The notes under the pieces: generated by a model
Told to the model about the DNA's origin: nothing
The model's database searches: none
What the model saw: only the letters and a program-made list of their open reading frames with translations
Assembly: GCA_964016885.1 (NCBI GenBank)
Contig: OZ024744.1
Span: 57,350,001-57,414,000 of the forward strand
From: Eledone cirrhosa
Lineage: Eukaryota
Direction of reading: 5' to 3'
DNA: 64,000 nt
Position numbers and translations under genes: made by a program
In this document: positions 1-13,129 of the stretch, piece by piece
Position numbering within the stretch: position 1 is the stretch's first letter
Layout: every line of letters starts with the position of its first letter

Positions 1-735
1 CAATCTACCGATAATAAATATAATCTGTGCTGCTCAAGATCTAGCAGTAAAATGTAACTACATTAAGCATAGAGTAGATCACACATCAGAAAGTGACAAG
101 TGTAGAATTTGTTGCATGAATAGAGAAACTGTACGGCATATTAGCAGTCAATGTACACCACTAGCTTAGAAAGATTATAAGAGACGTCATGACAACATAG
201 CAAAGGTAGTCCATTGGGCACTTTGTGGCAAATATGCACTTGACAGAGCAGATATGTGGTATGAACATAATCCAGAGGGCGTTATTGAAAATGATGATGC
301 AAAGATCCTGTGGGACTTTATGATACAGTGTGACCATGAGATTGAGCATAGGAGACCAGATATTGTATTAATTAAGAAGGAAAGCAGTGTTGAATCATAA
401 ATATAGCCCACCCAGCTGATAAAAAGGTATGCAATAAAGAAAGAAAAAATTGATAGATATGACAGGTTAGCTTGGGAGATTAAGCAGTTGTAGTCAATGG
501 TGGTAATACCATAATAGTTGGAGTGTTGGGAACAGTGAGTTAAGATCTTGAGAAGTACATTAAACAAATAGGAATTGTAATATGGATGGAACACTTACAA
601 AAAGCAACAACATTGCTTAGAACAGCTTGAATACTCTGGAGTCTACTAAAAAAATAAGGGGTGTTACCTCAGTTCACAGGTTGTGAACAGCTAACGTTGT
701 AATACATCTCCAGCATTGGAAGCTCAGCAAAGAAA
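1..735 (+). mobile_element. 3' fragment of an R4/Dong-like non-LTR retrotransposon (restriction-like endonuclease clade), degenerate
   Basis: Manual translation ICAAQDLAVKCNYIKHRVDHTSESDKCRICCMNRETVRHISSQCTPLA*KDYKRRHDNIAKVVHW...KILWDFMIQCDHEIEHRRPDIVLIKK shows the CCHC knuckle, RHD/N and PD motifs of RLE-type elements; contains stops and frameshifts. Confidence 0.8.
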
Positions 736-739
736 CAAT

Positions 740-3230
740 AATTTCTTTATTAACCAGAAAGAGTTCACACCAAGAAAAACATTAAGGACAACACAGGACA
801 AAAAATTGAGTGTATGTTTAAGTGTGCATGTTTAAGTGTGTATGTTTAAATGTGTATGTTTAAGTGTATATGTTTAAGTGTGTATGTGTATTTGTTGGTG
901 TGTGGGTTTTAACAATGGGTATTCCCCAAGAGGGTGGAGACATCTCTGGGCTACTCATGGAAATTAAACCATGGTTGCTCTGACCACTAGGGAAACTGCC
1001 TTCTCTCAGTTCTTCAGCTCTGATTTACAAGTATATATTCAGGGCAGGCCTGTTCACTCAGAATATGCTTAATATTCTCATTCACATTTCAACAAAATGG
1101 CTGGAAGGCAATACTTCCCACACCACCCTGATTTTTCTCTTTAAGTGAAACTTAAAAAAGTTGGTGAGGGATTCTCCAAAGAGGAAAGTGTTTGTTTTTA
1201 AGCCCTTCAATCATGTCTACCATACAACCTCTTTTGTCATGACCACTAAGCAGGTAAAAACTGCTTGCCCTTCTCAGTTAAAGGAAGGTGACAAGGCAAT
1301 CTTCACAATAGATTCAGTTGATAGCCAGATCTGTCCTACATGTGACTGGTTGGAAGGTAGCACTTCTATCTCCACTCTGATTTTATTCTTCATATAAACA
1401 TTGAAAATGTTAATCAGGGCTTTGCCAAAAAGATAAGTGCTTTTGCCCAACCCTTTCAAGTATGTTCATCACATGATCTCTTTCACTATAGCCACCATGC
1501 AGATAAAAACTGCCTACCCTTCCTGGCTAAAGTAAGACAGCAGGACGATTTCATGATGGACACAATTGATAGCTGCATCCATCCTACACATGACAGCATG
1601 TGTTCCAGCTATGGTTGGACACTGGATGAGTGAATGCAGGACAGTTTCGCACCCTGCATACATCTTGGACAGGCATGCTTGTAGAGTTTATCTCAAACTG
1701 GCAATGGTCCATGGTAGCACTGCCAGGTGAGGGATTTTGGGAAGTTATCTATTGTTCCTATATGTAGCTAGTTGATTTTCGTCGATGCCCAGAGACTCCC
1801 TAAGAATGTTGGTGCTTTTGCCCACCACTAACCCTATATAAAACACCATGAAATTTCCAATGATCCTTCTTCATGATTACTTGAGTGCTGTGAGCACAAC
1901 TTGATCTTCGTTTGACCTATGACTGCACTTCAGTCAAGGAGACAATCTGGAGAAATGGCTAGTAAATGGCAACAATACTTGTTCACCATCAAAGAAAAGT
2001 TGGAGATATCATAGCCTCAGTGTATGTATGCACATCATCAGCTATTATATACCCAGAACTACATGTAGCAAGTGTTGACAGCAAATAGATCACCTGATGA
2101 GTGGGGTGTATCCCTTCCACAAAAAGTGAAGGAGCAGATGCTTCATTACAGTCAAACGTGGGCCAGGACAAGACACGTTGATCAAGCAGTAGTAGATGAT
2201 CGACACAATGCATGCATTTGTTACCTCTACTTGACATTTCAGAGATAGCATCCTCTTTGTCCATATCTGGGTATGAGTGGCTACCCTGCTTGTTAGCTTA
2301 TCCTGCCTTTTGTCCATTTGGAAGTCTGGATCAAATGAACCCCCAAGACCTCCCTCTCTAGGTGCTAAGCCACAGGCTCACTGACATATTCTGGTTAATT
2401 TTTAGTTCCTGTTAGCACCTTGTACCCCCTGAGAGCGATTTTCTGCAATGTGGGTTTTCTGCTCCCGCATACATCTAAGGGCCATTTGAATACTGAATTC
2501 AGAGTTGTGGTCAACCTTCTGTGACTTGGCACCTATAGCGTTGTATGTAACTGTCTCCTCAATTAGGGGTTGGGAGGGCAATTCTGTTTTTAACTATGAT
2601 CCTGGCTTCTTTTACCAGGTCTTCATTGTCATTTTGACTTGTTAACTGGCTGGTTTGTTAATGGCTTAGAATTTAGCTGGCTGACTTGATGGCATGGTTT
2701 ATTGCTAGTTTGCTGATCAATTGGTTGGCTGTCTGGCTGGCTGGCTGTCTGGCTGGCTGACTAGCTGGCTGGCTGATCAGTTGACTTCTTGTTTGGCTGA
2801 CTGACTTACTGACTGGCTGGCTGTCTGCATGGCTGACTAGCTGGCTGGCTGATCAGTTGGCTTGTTGTTTGGCTGACTGACTTACTGACTGGCTGGCTGT
2901 CTGCATGGCTGACTAGCTGGCTGGCTGATCAGTTGGCTTGTTGTTTGGCTGACTGACTTACTGACTGGCTGGCTGTCTGCATGGCTGACTAGCTGGCTGG
3001 CTGATCAGTTGGCTTGTTGGTTGGCTGACTAGCTGACTGGCTGGCTAACTGGCTGACTGGCTGGTTAACTGACTGACTGGCTGTCTGTGTGTCTGTCTGT
3101 CTGGCTGGCTGATCAGTTGGCTTGTTGGTTGGATGACTGGCTGACTGACTGGCTGGCTTATTGAAATTACAATTGTTTTTGTGGTTGTTCTTGCTGTTAC
3201 TATTACTATTGTTGCTGCTACTGTTGTTGA
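740..3230 (-). mobile_element. Old, internally deleted Tx1/L1-clade LINE related to the copies at 55-64 kb
   Basis: 3' end tttctttattaacc...cattaaggaca matches 54955/61010; 1020-2340 resembles the ORF2 C-terminal region; minus-strand 2440-2640 translates ETVTYNAIGAKSQKVDHNSEFSIQMALRCMREQKTHI, similar to ORF1 CTVTYRTVSTKSRRVERATEAQIQKALGSVWQRKTHI. Confidence 0.75.
2720..3160. repeat. (CTGG/CTGA)n tetranucleotide repeat organised as ~76-bp higher-order units
   Basis: ctgactagctggctggctgatcagttg... recurs at ~2757, 2833, 2909, 2985. Confidence 0.85.
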
Positions 3231-3569
3231 TTTTGATTCTGAGTATGTCCATTCAAAGAGGAGCAGAATGATCAAGAAAAGTTGACAACTATCCTTAAAT
3301 GAATACAATGACAAAAAATAATGTATTCAATAATGGGGTTAATAGGGCTGGAACTGAAGGTGTAGGCACTTTACCCAGCAAGTGTCCCACTATGCAGCAA
3401 AGAAGATCCCTGTCATATTCCTATGTGTGCTAAACAGACAATACACTTACATCAAGATACAGAAATGGGATAAAGAGATGAATAAGATAGAGACAGAATG
3501 CTGAACAAGAAATGAACCAACAATCACTGACTGGCAGATCAGGCAATAAGAAGATCAAACTATTGAATA

Positions 3570-3920
3570 AGTGAGTTGGAGTTGGAGGAAATACACTCAT
3601 CTGGGATGCAGCGTATTGTGACACCTTCTCTAGCAGCAACCTGGTGCATTTGGCTACCAGTTGAGGCTGAAGAGGGTAAACTGTCAAATATATTAGCCAT
3701 TCTCTGATAGGTTTGTGGTAGAGACTGTGACAGTGGAGACTTCTGGTGTACTTGGCCTCCTGGACCACATCCCTATTCACTGCTATCGGAGTGAAGTTAG
3801 CTACTTATATGTGTGAGCTTCATGAGATGGAGTGGCTGTTCCAGTGTGTCTCCCTCACCCTCCTTCAGGGCAGCATCTTCTCCATGCTGTCTACCAGGAC
3901 CACAAGGCAGACCGACCTTT
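3570..3920 (+). mobile_element. CRE-clade non-LTR retrotransposon 3' relic
   Basis: Translates GNTLIWDAAYCDTFSSSNL...TVETSGVLG...EMEWLFQCVSL, resembling the CRE C-terminal motifs WD...DT, VETxG and LFQRxS; homologous to 32210-32330. Confidence 0.55.
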
Positions 3921-4089
3921 AAGTTTCATTTATGGTGGTGGCATGTGGAATAAATTTACTTGCATTTTATTATGATGTAGATTATTGAAAAAAACAAAAA
4001 ACCCAAAAAATCTTTGATCACTGGAAATTGAAGCTATCATCATCCTCGTTGGTGTCATTTAAATGTCCACTTTCCCTGCTACTAATGAA

Positions 4090-4740
4090 GAACAAAATAT
4101 AGCTGAAGATTCTGAATTGTTGATTAATGTAGAGGCAGAAATAAAAACAATTGACTTTCAGGCAAGAAACAATAGAAACAGCTAGAGGCCAAGGACATGA
4201 TAAGGAGACATATAATTGTTTCTACTTTTGGCACAAGGCCGGCAATTACCCAGTGTATTACTGGTACTTTATTTTATCGACCCCGTAAGGATGAAAGGCA
4301 AAGTGAACCTCGGCGGGATTTGAACTCAGACCGTAAAGGGCCGTAACTCCTTGATGCAAAGCATGGCATCAGACCCTCTACCGACACTGCCAATCCACCG
4401 CCCTTGATAAGGAGACATATAATATTCTAAAACTGGTATTGAACAGGATGAGAAATGAGCAGAATGACACACTGCCTAATTTGTATTATGTAGATAGAAG
4501 AAAAGTGAAATTAGTGACAGAGAAAATTAACTCAATAATTTGATTAATTGAAACTTTGAATATCAATGAAACAAATTGGTTGTTGCAGGCAATTGCAAAT
4601 ATAGCTGCAGATCTACTAGGATACAAGTGTATGGTGGGTAATAGCTGAAAGGAACAGAAAGAGCCACATTGATTGAGAAGGATACGTCCCAAGTTCAATA
4701 AGACCAAATTAGCATTGGAGAAAATAGATGGACCTTGTAG
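4090..4740 (+). mobile_element. R4/Dong-like LINE N-terminal relic interrupted by a SINE
   Basis: KVKLVTEKINSII...LNINETNWLLQAIANIAADLLGY...EPH*LRRI resembles the pre-RT region of R4-clade elements. Confidence 0.45.
4217..4404 (-). mobile_element. tRNA-derived SINE (family A), full length, with 19-bp TSD
   Basis: Minus strand ggcggtggattggcagtgtcggtagag (A-box like)...gagttcaaatcc (B-box); TSD tgataaggagacatataat at 4198-4216 and 4405-4423; at least 8 copies in the window. Confidence 0.9.
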
Positions 4741-4854
4741 TATATTAGGACAAAGAAGGAGAAGGTTAAGACGTTATCTGGCAAAATTGAGGGGGAGTTA
4801 ATCCAGATGCAGAGGAGAGCAAACAGTTTAGGATTCCTAAATTGTAATGAGATT

Positions 4855-5015
4855 GACCAGGAATCGAACCAACAACATTACAATCGTAAGTCCAACACCC
4901 TTACCACTAGGCCATGCACCTCCACAAAACACAACACACAACCCAGCCCAAGAATCGAACCCATAATATTACGATCATAAGTCCAACACCATTTCCACTA
5001 GGCTATGCACCTCCT
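4855..5015 (-). mobile_element. Two tandem tRNA-like SINE heads (family B)
   Basis: Two copies of gaatcgaacc...cgtaagtccaacacc...ccactagg(c/t)(c/t)atgcacctcc, the reverse complement of an A/B-box head. Confidence 0.6.
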
Positions 5016-5129
5016 GGATTTGAACTCAGAACAACACACAGCAAGAACCACATGAGGTGTTAGATAATTGATGCTGCAGGAGAGAGTTTGGCAGCTAGCA
5101 ATCCAAATAGCAACAGAGGAACAATGAAA

Positions 5130-5835
5130 TACTGAGGGTGTCTTGGCATCATTCAGCAAGACCTTTGTCAGCCACTCCCTAGCTATCTATTTAAAGCTGT
5201 ATATATCTATGGTGTGGCCACACTTAGAATTTGCATCACCAGTCTGGAACCCCTATCTTGCTCAGAATATTGACCTCCTGGAAACTGTTCAGAGACGTAC
5301 AACCAAGCGAATACCCTCCATCAGGCATCTACCATACTCTGAAAACCTTACTTCCCTGGGCATGGATTCATTGAAGCTCTAATGTCTGGCAACTGACTTG
5401 GTAAACACTCTCAAAATTATTAACCATCTCGCCAACAACAACCCTGAGTATCTTTTAGAATTCCATGTGTCTAACACCTGTGGACATGCCTACAAAGTCA
5501 GAAAACAGCACAGCTCCCATGATTTTCGGAAACATTTTTTCACACAGAGTTGCTGAAGAATAGAACAAACTGCCTGCATCAGTTGTTAGCTGCAGGGACA
5601 CTGCATCCTTTAAAACGTCCATACTTCCTGAAATTCGCCAACACTACACCTGATGTCCCCCCCCCCTCCTTACACACGCACAGATGCATATCATGACTCA
5701 TACACTGTTCACTTTCCTGACATTTATACATTATGTACATTATATACATTATGTACATTCTATGTACTCATACATGCAACTTTGATGAGTTGTAGTGCAC
5801 CTGAGCACTGTACACAATTTCATTATTATTATTAA
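5130..5835 (+). mobile_element. CR1-group LINE 3' fragment with (ATT)n tail
   Basis: LYISMVWPHLEFASPVWNPY...LETVQRRTTKRI is the CR1-type RT C-terminal motif; 3' end gagttgtagtgcacctgagcactgtacacaatttcattattatt, with a short copy of the same tail at ~16416-16466. Confidence 0.8.
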
Positions 5836-5849
5836 GAAGAAAATAATAA

Positions 5850-6370
5850 TAAAGTGATGACGATGACAAAAATGATGACAACAGCGCTGGCGATGACAAT
5901 GATGTTGACGATGACAATGATACCAAGAATGACAACATGACAACAATAACAATGATGATGATGATGATAGGGGAGGGGGGCTAGTGGTGGTGGTAGTGGT
6001 GCTGTGATGATGATGATGATGGTGGTTCTGGGGGTGTGAGGGTGATGGTGGTGGTGGTGGTGGTGGTGATGATGGTGATGATGACGATGATGGTGGTGGT
6101 GGTGGTGATGGTTGGTAATGGCGATGATGATGATGATAGTGGTGGTGGCGGTGGTGTTAATGGTGATGATGATGATGATGGTGGTGATGGTGGTGGTGGG
6201 TGGTGGTAATGGTGATGATGGTGATGGTGGTGGTGGTAGTAATGAGGATGGCGGTGGCGGCAGTGATGATGACGATGGCAGCGGTAGTGGTGGTGGTGGT
6301 TATGGTAGTGTTAGGGTGAGGGTGAGGGTGAGAGGGGGGATGACTTTGATAATAACAATAATGATAATAA
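5850..6370. repeat. (GAT/GGT)n trinucleotide low-complexity tract
   Basis: Direct inspection; a similar tract lies at 17265-17555. Confidence 0.9.
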
Positions 6371-6371
6371 T

Positions 6372-6530
6372 TGTTTCTCCTTTTGGCACGAGGCCAGCAA
6401 TTACCCCAGTGCATTACTGGTACTTTATTTTAACGACCCCGTAAGGATGAAAGGCAAAGTTAACCTCGGCGGGATTTAAACTCTATGCTGCAAAGCATGG
6501 CGTCTGACTCTCTACCAATACTGCCAATCA
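6372..6530 (-). mobile_element. SINE family A, internally deleted copy
   Basis: Same ttttggcac.aggccagcaattacccc...ggatgaaaggcaaagtt core as 4217-4404. Confidence 0.85.
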
Positions 6531-7202
6531 ATGACAATAATAATGTCACTAATGATTTGCTTGGAATATGGTAAGAATGTAATGTCTGAACACTAAAAAA
6601 AAAACTGTATAGTTTTTTTTTTGTTTTTTTTGTGGTGGCAGTATGGTGGTGATGGTGATGGAGGTGGGTATTTGAGATTTGGCTGTTCCCTTTGTTTCAT
6701 TTGGGGGGGATAGAACATGGAATTTAGTAATTTGAGCATGTAAAAAATGGCAGAAATATGTATGAAGGAGATATTTTTTAGAGGATAGTGCATTAGATAT
6801 TACTAGAAAAATATACCACTCACAAACAGTATGTAATATTGTATGTGTGTGTGTATGTGTGTGTGTGAAGGTGGGTTTGTTTTTATGTGTGCATGCATAT
6901 GTCTATACATTTGTGTGTATGTGTTTATGCATGTGTGTATGTGTTTGTGTATACTGTGTATTTACTCATGTAAAAAGTTGTATCATTTTCCACAAAAATG
7001 CAGCAGAGGAAAAAAAGCAGTATGTAACATATCTGCTGGACCTACAAAACCAAACCTTAATTCAAAATATATGGTACATTGTAGATGTTGTATGTAACAT
7101 TAGACCGTGACATATAAATATATATATACATACATATATATATACATACATATATATATATTTATATATGTGTGTGTGTGTATGTGTGTGTATGTGTGTG
7201 TA

Positions 7203-7244
<42 letters not shown>

Positions 7245-9933
7245 TGTGTGTATATCAGTCTACTTATCTTAAAACAATGTTACTATTTCTTCAAAAATCT
7301 TCACAAAACTTGAGACAGAAATCCAGATGCATCCCAGAATAATCTATGCATCAGAGGAGATGAACTTTGACTGAAAATTCTAATGAAGTGGGAATGAGAT
7401 TGCTGAGAAGGGGGGGGGGTAATAGGAGGGGGAGGAGGAGGTAATGGAAGAAGAAATAGAACAAAAATGAAAAAAATAGAAACTGTCCATTTTCTTTTAA
7501 AATAGAACAGTCATTTTCCTCATTCAATCTCTTTTAAAATTATTTTGTTTCTTGCTCTCTCTTTAATTCTTTCTCAGTTTAACTCTCTTTCTCTCTCACA
7601 TGTAAATGCATATACATAGATTCATAAATATGTTATATATTTTAATGTGGATGTGTCGGTGTATAACTTCCTATATATACATTAAATACTTGCATAGATT
7701 TATATGAGATTGTATGTGTTCTTGTGATTTATATGAGATATTTGAGTGTAAATATGTGTGTGGTGTGTGTATGTTAAAACTATCCCAAACAAAGGGTCAA
7801 AATGATTCTACAGTTGCATCAAGGAAACAAAAGTCTTTCTAGTATTGGTGACATGCTAAGATGCACCCAGTACACTCTATAAAGTGGTTGGTGATAGGAA
7901 ATACAGTCCAGGGAGAGGGACTGGCAGAATAGTTAGAGCATTTGATGTGATGTCTTGTGGTATCGTGTTCAGCCATTTGTGTTCTGAGTTTACCTGCGAT
8001 AAATACACGTCAAGAGCTGAATATTAGATAGAATAGACAGATATGAGCGTAGTCAGTATGACCCTCATTGTAGAATGTTGGTTAAAGTAATGTCAAAAAT
8101 ATTAATGGTGACGATAAATGAATGTGGAAAGAAAAAGAAGACGGAGAAAGCCATGACTAAAAATGATGGAGGAAAGAAGAAATGAAAACCTCCATGGTGA
8201 AGGGAGATGTAGAAGATTGGGAAAAATGGATAAGCTTGTCATAGGGTCTTGCACAAGGCTAGCAGGGAAAGTGGGCTTAATATGCTTCTTGTTGTTGTTG
8301 TTGTTGTTAACAGCCTGATAGTTAATTACAATTACATTATTTCAACTTAATTTATATTACATTGTTAAAGAAAACTATAAAGACTGGAGACTGTTCTCAG
8401 ATCCAGCAGCGAAATTGATGGAAAAATAAAAGGGAGTTAACCCAGTTGCAGAAGAGTGCAAACAGTTTAGGAATTGTGTATGAGATGGACCAGTTAAACA
8501 TAAAGGGAGGAGTGAAATAACTTGGTGCATTTAAAAGCTATTTGAACCATGTGTGTCAAAGTAAAGGAGCCAATTGTCATGTACCAGTCATAACTCTGTC
8601 AGAATGATATGGAATTTGAACTCAGAACATTCAGAGCTAGATCAGATAGTGAATATTATTCCATCCTTTTTTATAATAATTCTGTCAATTTACCACACCA
8701 ATGATTAGTACTTTATTTGTGGTCCCTGAAAAAAAAAATGAAAGACAAAGTTGAACTCAGAGAGCTGGCAGAAAACCAGAAGAAATATCGAATAATTAAA
8801 TGCTACACTCTAAATAATAAATGAAACAGTGACCTTCTAGTTGAAGTTAGATATCTTACTCATTAATTTCTCAAATTATATCAGTTTTAATATACGAAAA
8901 TTTTCACTATTGCTTTATTGATAACTATCTTTAAATATATTGTGATCTTATTCAGTAAATATTCTGCTAATTACATTTAATTCTATATTGAATGTTTCTA
9001 ATGAGATAATTAGGTTTAGTAAAATAATTGAATCACCTTTTCAGCAATATTTATTTTCTTCATTGTTGATATAACACAAGTTAATTCATCAAGGTTAGAA
9101 TAATCTAGGTTTTTGCATGACTTTTATATTTTCTAGGAAGACGAATTTTAATCAACACCCTGTATTGATTTAGCAGGAAAAATGTAAAATCAGATTTGTA
9201 AATTCAAATGTTTACAGTATCTTTACTAGTGGAGAGCTTGTTATGAACAGTTGCTGTATTAGAGTAAAGAATTGCTGATTACTAATATAATAAATTTTTT
9301 AATGATATTGTTTTTAATTCCATAATAATATTACAAATAAAAAGAGATAAAAGAAAGAAAAAGGAAAGGAAAAAAGAAAAAAAACAAGCAGGTAATACAC
9401 ACATCTAGGACCACATACAGCATAAAGTAGGCAAAAGGAGTGGACAAACAAACCACTACCAGAACAAAAAATAATTTTTAATGTGATGTTTTGTACATTT
9501 CAGCTAATGCAGTTTCATATGGTACAGGACATTAAGTGTTAATTCAAATATATATATTAGTATCTTTATAATGCGCAGATAGTACAAGACATTAAGAGTT
9601 AAGTGCTCCAAGATGCGCAAAGATTACATTTTTTTATAATACCACAAACAGAAATTGCATAGATAATAATATTAATTCACAATATAAAGGACACAAATTT
9701 GAAGTAACCTACCTGAATGACATGACATATTTATGGGTTTTTTATACCAATCCAGCCAAAAACTCAACTCTCGGTTCTAATTTAAAGGGTTCTAATTTAA
9801 AATTCTTTAAAGGATTCTAATTTAAATTAAAAACATTCACTATAACTTTATGTAAGAACCATATGTTAATGAAATAATTAATAATTTTAGTTAAATTCTT
9901 CAAAATTCTCAACTAATTATCTTGTTTTGTTAG

Positions 9934-9978
9934 GAATACAGTCACAAAAGGATTTAGCAGAAAGTGACATAAAAAAAG
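9934..9978 (+). CDS. Candidate 45-nt symmetric phase-1 host exon (xIQSQKDLAESDIKK)
   Basis: Branch-like aactaat, pyrimidine-rich tcttgttttgttag acceptor, AAG|GTAAAT donor, open frame, length divisible by 3, in a non-repetitive stretch. No recognisable homology. Confidence 0.25.
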
Positions 9979-10251
9979 GTAAATAAATACAAAAATAATG
10001 AGAGTTTGGGCTGTGAGGGTATGAGTATTAATAGTATTATAAAATCTATTACTTACTTAACCTATAAAATGTAGGATTGATGATCAAATGACAATAATGT
10101 TTTAGTGTTTATTTTTTTAGCAAATCAATAGAAAATCTGTTAAAGAAAGACATTGTTTTGTTATGATTCAAAAGTAATATCATACCATCATCAGTTGTTG
10201 ACAGCTGCTTCACCTCGTTTTAGTCTTTTGATCAGTTGTTAATGTCATATT

Positions 10252-10652
10252 GTGAAGGTGCGTGGCTTTGTGGTTAGGGTATTTGGCTCTCAATCGTAAG
10301 GTCGTGAGTTTGATTTGTGAGTTTGACATGACAGCCACCCTAATGTTGGTGATCTACACAATAACTACACCCAGTACATGTTGTAAAGTGGTTGGTGATA
10401 GGAAGAGCATCCAGCTGTAGAAAGCTCGCCTAACAAAGTATTGGGAGGACCCTCATTTGTGTCAAAGACACAACAACCTTTTGTATTCACTCAGTAGAAT
10501 GTGAGACCATACATAAGTGAGACAACAGATCCCTACCTTGTCTGGGAGATCAGTAGCCTCGTTTCAGTACTGACTTACTCAATGTAGACCTGTCCAGCCC
10601 TTGCTAGCAGGGAAAGTGGATATCAAAACAATGATGATGATGATGATGATGA
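10252..10652 (+). mobile_element. tRNA-head SINE with RTE-type (GAT)n tail
   Basis: gtgaaggtgcgtggctttgtggttagg head; ends cttgctagcagggaaagtggatatc...(gat)n, matching the RTE 3' end. Confidence 0.6.
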
Positions 10653-10951
10653 TTATGGTGTTGATATATATATATATATATGTTAACAAATTTTTTGTTA
10701 ACCTGTTTAGCTTGCTCGTTTTTTCGGCTGCCTGGCTTGTCACTTCACAGCCATTTTTATAATGTGTATGGCCCTTATACGTATGTTAATTGCTTTGGCT
10801 TCTTCCTAATCCATTGAGCGCTTGCCGGCATATCTCGAAAATTACGTTTTGTTTTGTTTTGGCCGCCGCCAAAATACGATCTTGCTGAAATTATATTTAT
10901 ATTTATATATATATATATTGTTTCTGGAGAGACTGTGAGATGTATCTAGAA

Positions 10952-11277
10952 CAGGGGTGTCCAACCTTTTGGGTCCGCGGGCCGGATAGCCATGCAGCGG
11001 TGGCTCCGCGGGCCAGATGCGCAATTAATACTACTTATATACAAATAAGTAAACATTTATTTATCCCTTATGTTAGATTTGAAACAAAATTCAATATTGA
11101 TACTTAGAGCTGTCCCAAGCAGAAAAATACATTTAAATATTGTTTTATTCGGCAATATCGATAGATCGGGTGCGAATTTATTGCAAACTGTACACTTTTT
11201 TTAACCCTGGCGGGCAGGATAAAGGCCTTTGCGGGCCAGATTGAAACCCTTTGCGGGCCAGGAGTTGGGTACCCCTG
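10952..11277. mobile_element. hAT (Charlie-like) MITE, 326 bp
   Basis: TIRs caggggtgtccaac / gttgggtacccctg; 8-bp TSD atctagaa at 10944-10951 and 11278-11285; subterminal gcgggcc repeats. Confidence 0.9.
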
Positions 11278-11468
11278 ATCTAGAATATCAAGACTAATAT
11301 GTTATGGCATAACCACAGTTAGTCAATATAACGATTTATCATGGCCAATCAACTTTCTGAAACTATTGTAAAACAATGAACTAATTAAGCACCAATCTTT
11401 GCCTTTTGTTTTATTTTCATTGTTCAAAACACACACACACACATGCACACATTTGCATATATATAATT

Positions 11469-11537
<69 letters not shown>

Positions 11538-11611
11538 TTAATGGTAGTTATGATGCTTCCATAGACAGTATGCCAGTTAAGCACTCTATGTTCTTACAGA
11601 GCAGAGTGTGA

Positions 11612-12298
11612 TATAATATAAAACGAAAAATCAGTGATGCATCTGGACTCAATTTATTGTGTGTTACAATTGTTTCGCCGGCAGACAGCTCGAGACACGA
11701 TCATTGTGTGGATCTGTCTGATTCTGGAACTGCAGGTTCGTCGGATACTGGCAATAATTCCGCATCAAATTTTCTCACTGGGGTGTTGGCATAAAAAAAC
11801 ATCTTCCTCGCTTGTCCTGCTGTTGGCTGTTGCTTTTCTACATCATCATAAATTCTGGCCAATAGTTGCTGTCAGACTGTCCATCAGCAACCCTTCGCCT
11901 GACACACTTCAATGAATTCAGTTGGGTTTGGTATTTCACAAGTCCACTCACACACACATATACACATATACCCACATACATACATACACATACACATAAA
12001 TATACATATATATATATATACCTATATATATATATATATATATACACACACTCACATACACACACACACACACAACCACTTAACTAACAACATACGTGTC
12101 CACAGACGCCTGCCTACATGCCCACGTACATCAGTGAGAAAATTTGATCCGGAATTATTGCCAGTGTCCGACGAACCTGCAGTTGCAGAATCAGACAGAT
12201 CCATACAATGATCGTGTCTCAAGCTGTCTGCCAGCGAAACAATTGTAACACATTAAATTGAGTCCAGATGTATCACTGATTTTTCGTTTTATATTATA
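11612..12298. repeat. ~170-bp inverted repeat (PLE pLTR-like arms) around a (CA/TA) spacer
   Basis: 11612-11780 is the near-exact reverse complement of 12131-12298. Confidence 0.9.
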
Positions 12299-12353
12299 CA
12301 TATATCTCTTTTACTCTTTTACCTGTTTCAGCCATCCGGCTGAGGCCATGTAT

Positions 12354-12645
12354 ATCATCATCATCATCATCATTTAACGTCCGTGTTCCACGCTTGCATG
12401 GGTTTGGACGGGGGTTTTCCCACTTGAGGCAAGAGTGATTATCTTGCTCACATAGGACTATCTGGCGGGTTTTCTACAGCTGGATGCCCTTCCTAACACC
12501 AACCACATTTACAGTGTGGGGTGGGGCTGGGAGGTTTTTCCCGTGTTGCCTACACGGCCACATTACAGCGTGAACTGTGTGTTTTTTTGACGTGACACCT
12601 ACACAATCTCATTTGTTTTGGCCTAGATGTTGTGGCACCAACATA
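12354..12645 (-). mobile_element. RTE LINE 3'-UTR fragment
   Basis: (tca)n-tttaacgtcc...cacgcttgcatgggtttggacggg matches the RTE 3' ends at 38436 and 50872. Confidence 0.8.
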
Positions 12646-12664
12646 ATATATATGTATATACATA

Positions 12665-12715
<51 letters not shown>

Positions 12716-13129
12716 AAATATTGATTAATACGTAAAGTAATTAATCATATTGTCAGACAAAGGTATATGTTAATCAAAGTACTAAAGGTAGTCCCTATTA
12801 GAACCTAAAGTCATCTTACCAATATAAATTTTTAAAATTCTTGTTAGGAGCAGTAACATAACTGTCAACAATCCAGTCCACCTAGCCGAAAGTAGGTACC
12901 ACAGTGTGATAAAGTTCACTGTACTGTGTCTATAACCAAGACACCTAACTATTAATAGTCATATCTGCCTGCTGTACATGTATTTAGGTATTACATAAAG
13001 TATGTTGTACTTATAAGAAATACATTGGCTTATATTACTGAGTTTATTTTCTAGACTTAAGCAGCATGGGCAACCGGAATTTGGAAAGTGTTTGCTTTCT
13101 TTTTTCTTATATGACTTTAGAATGGGCTT

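Noticed and set aside
4217-4404. Functional tRNA genes
   Set aside because: A/B-box heads continue into SINE bodies with TSDs, and no complete cloverleaf was seen.
6112-6444. Gly/Asp/Met/Val-rich or poly-His proteins (also 17184-17556)
   Set aside because: Translations of (GAT/GGT)n microsatellite.
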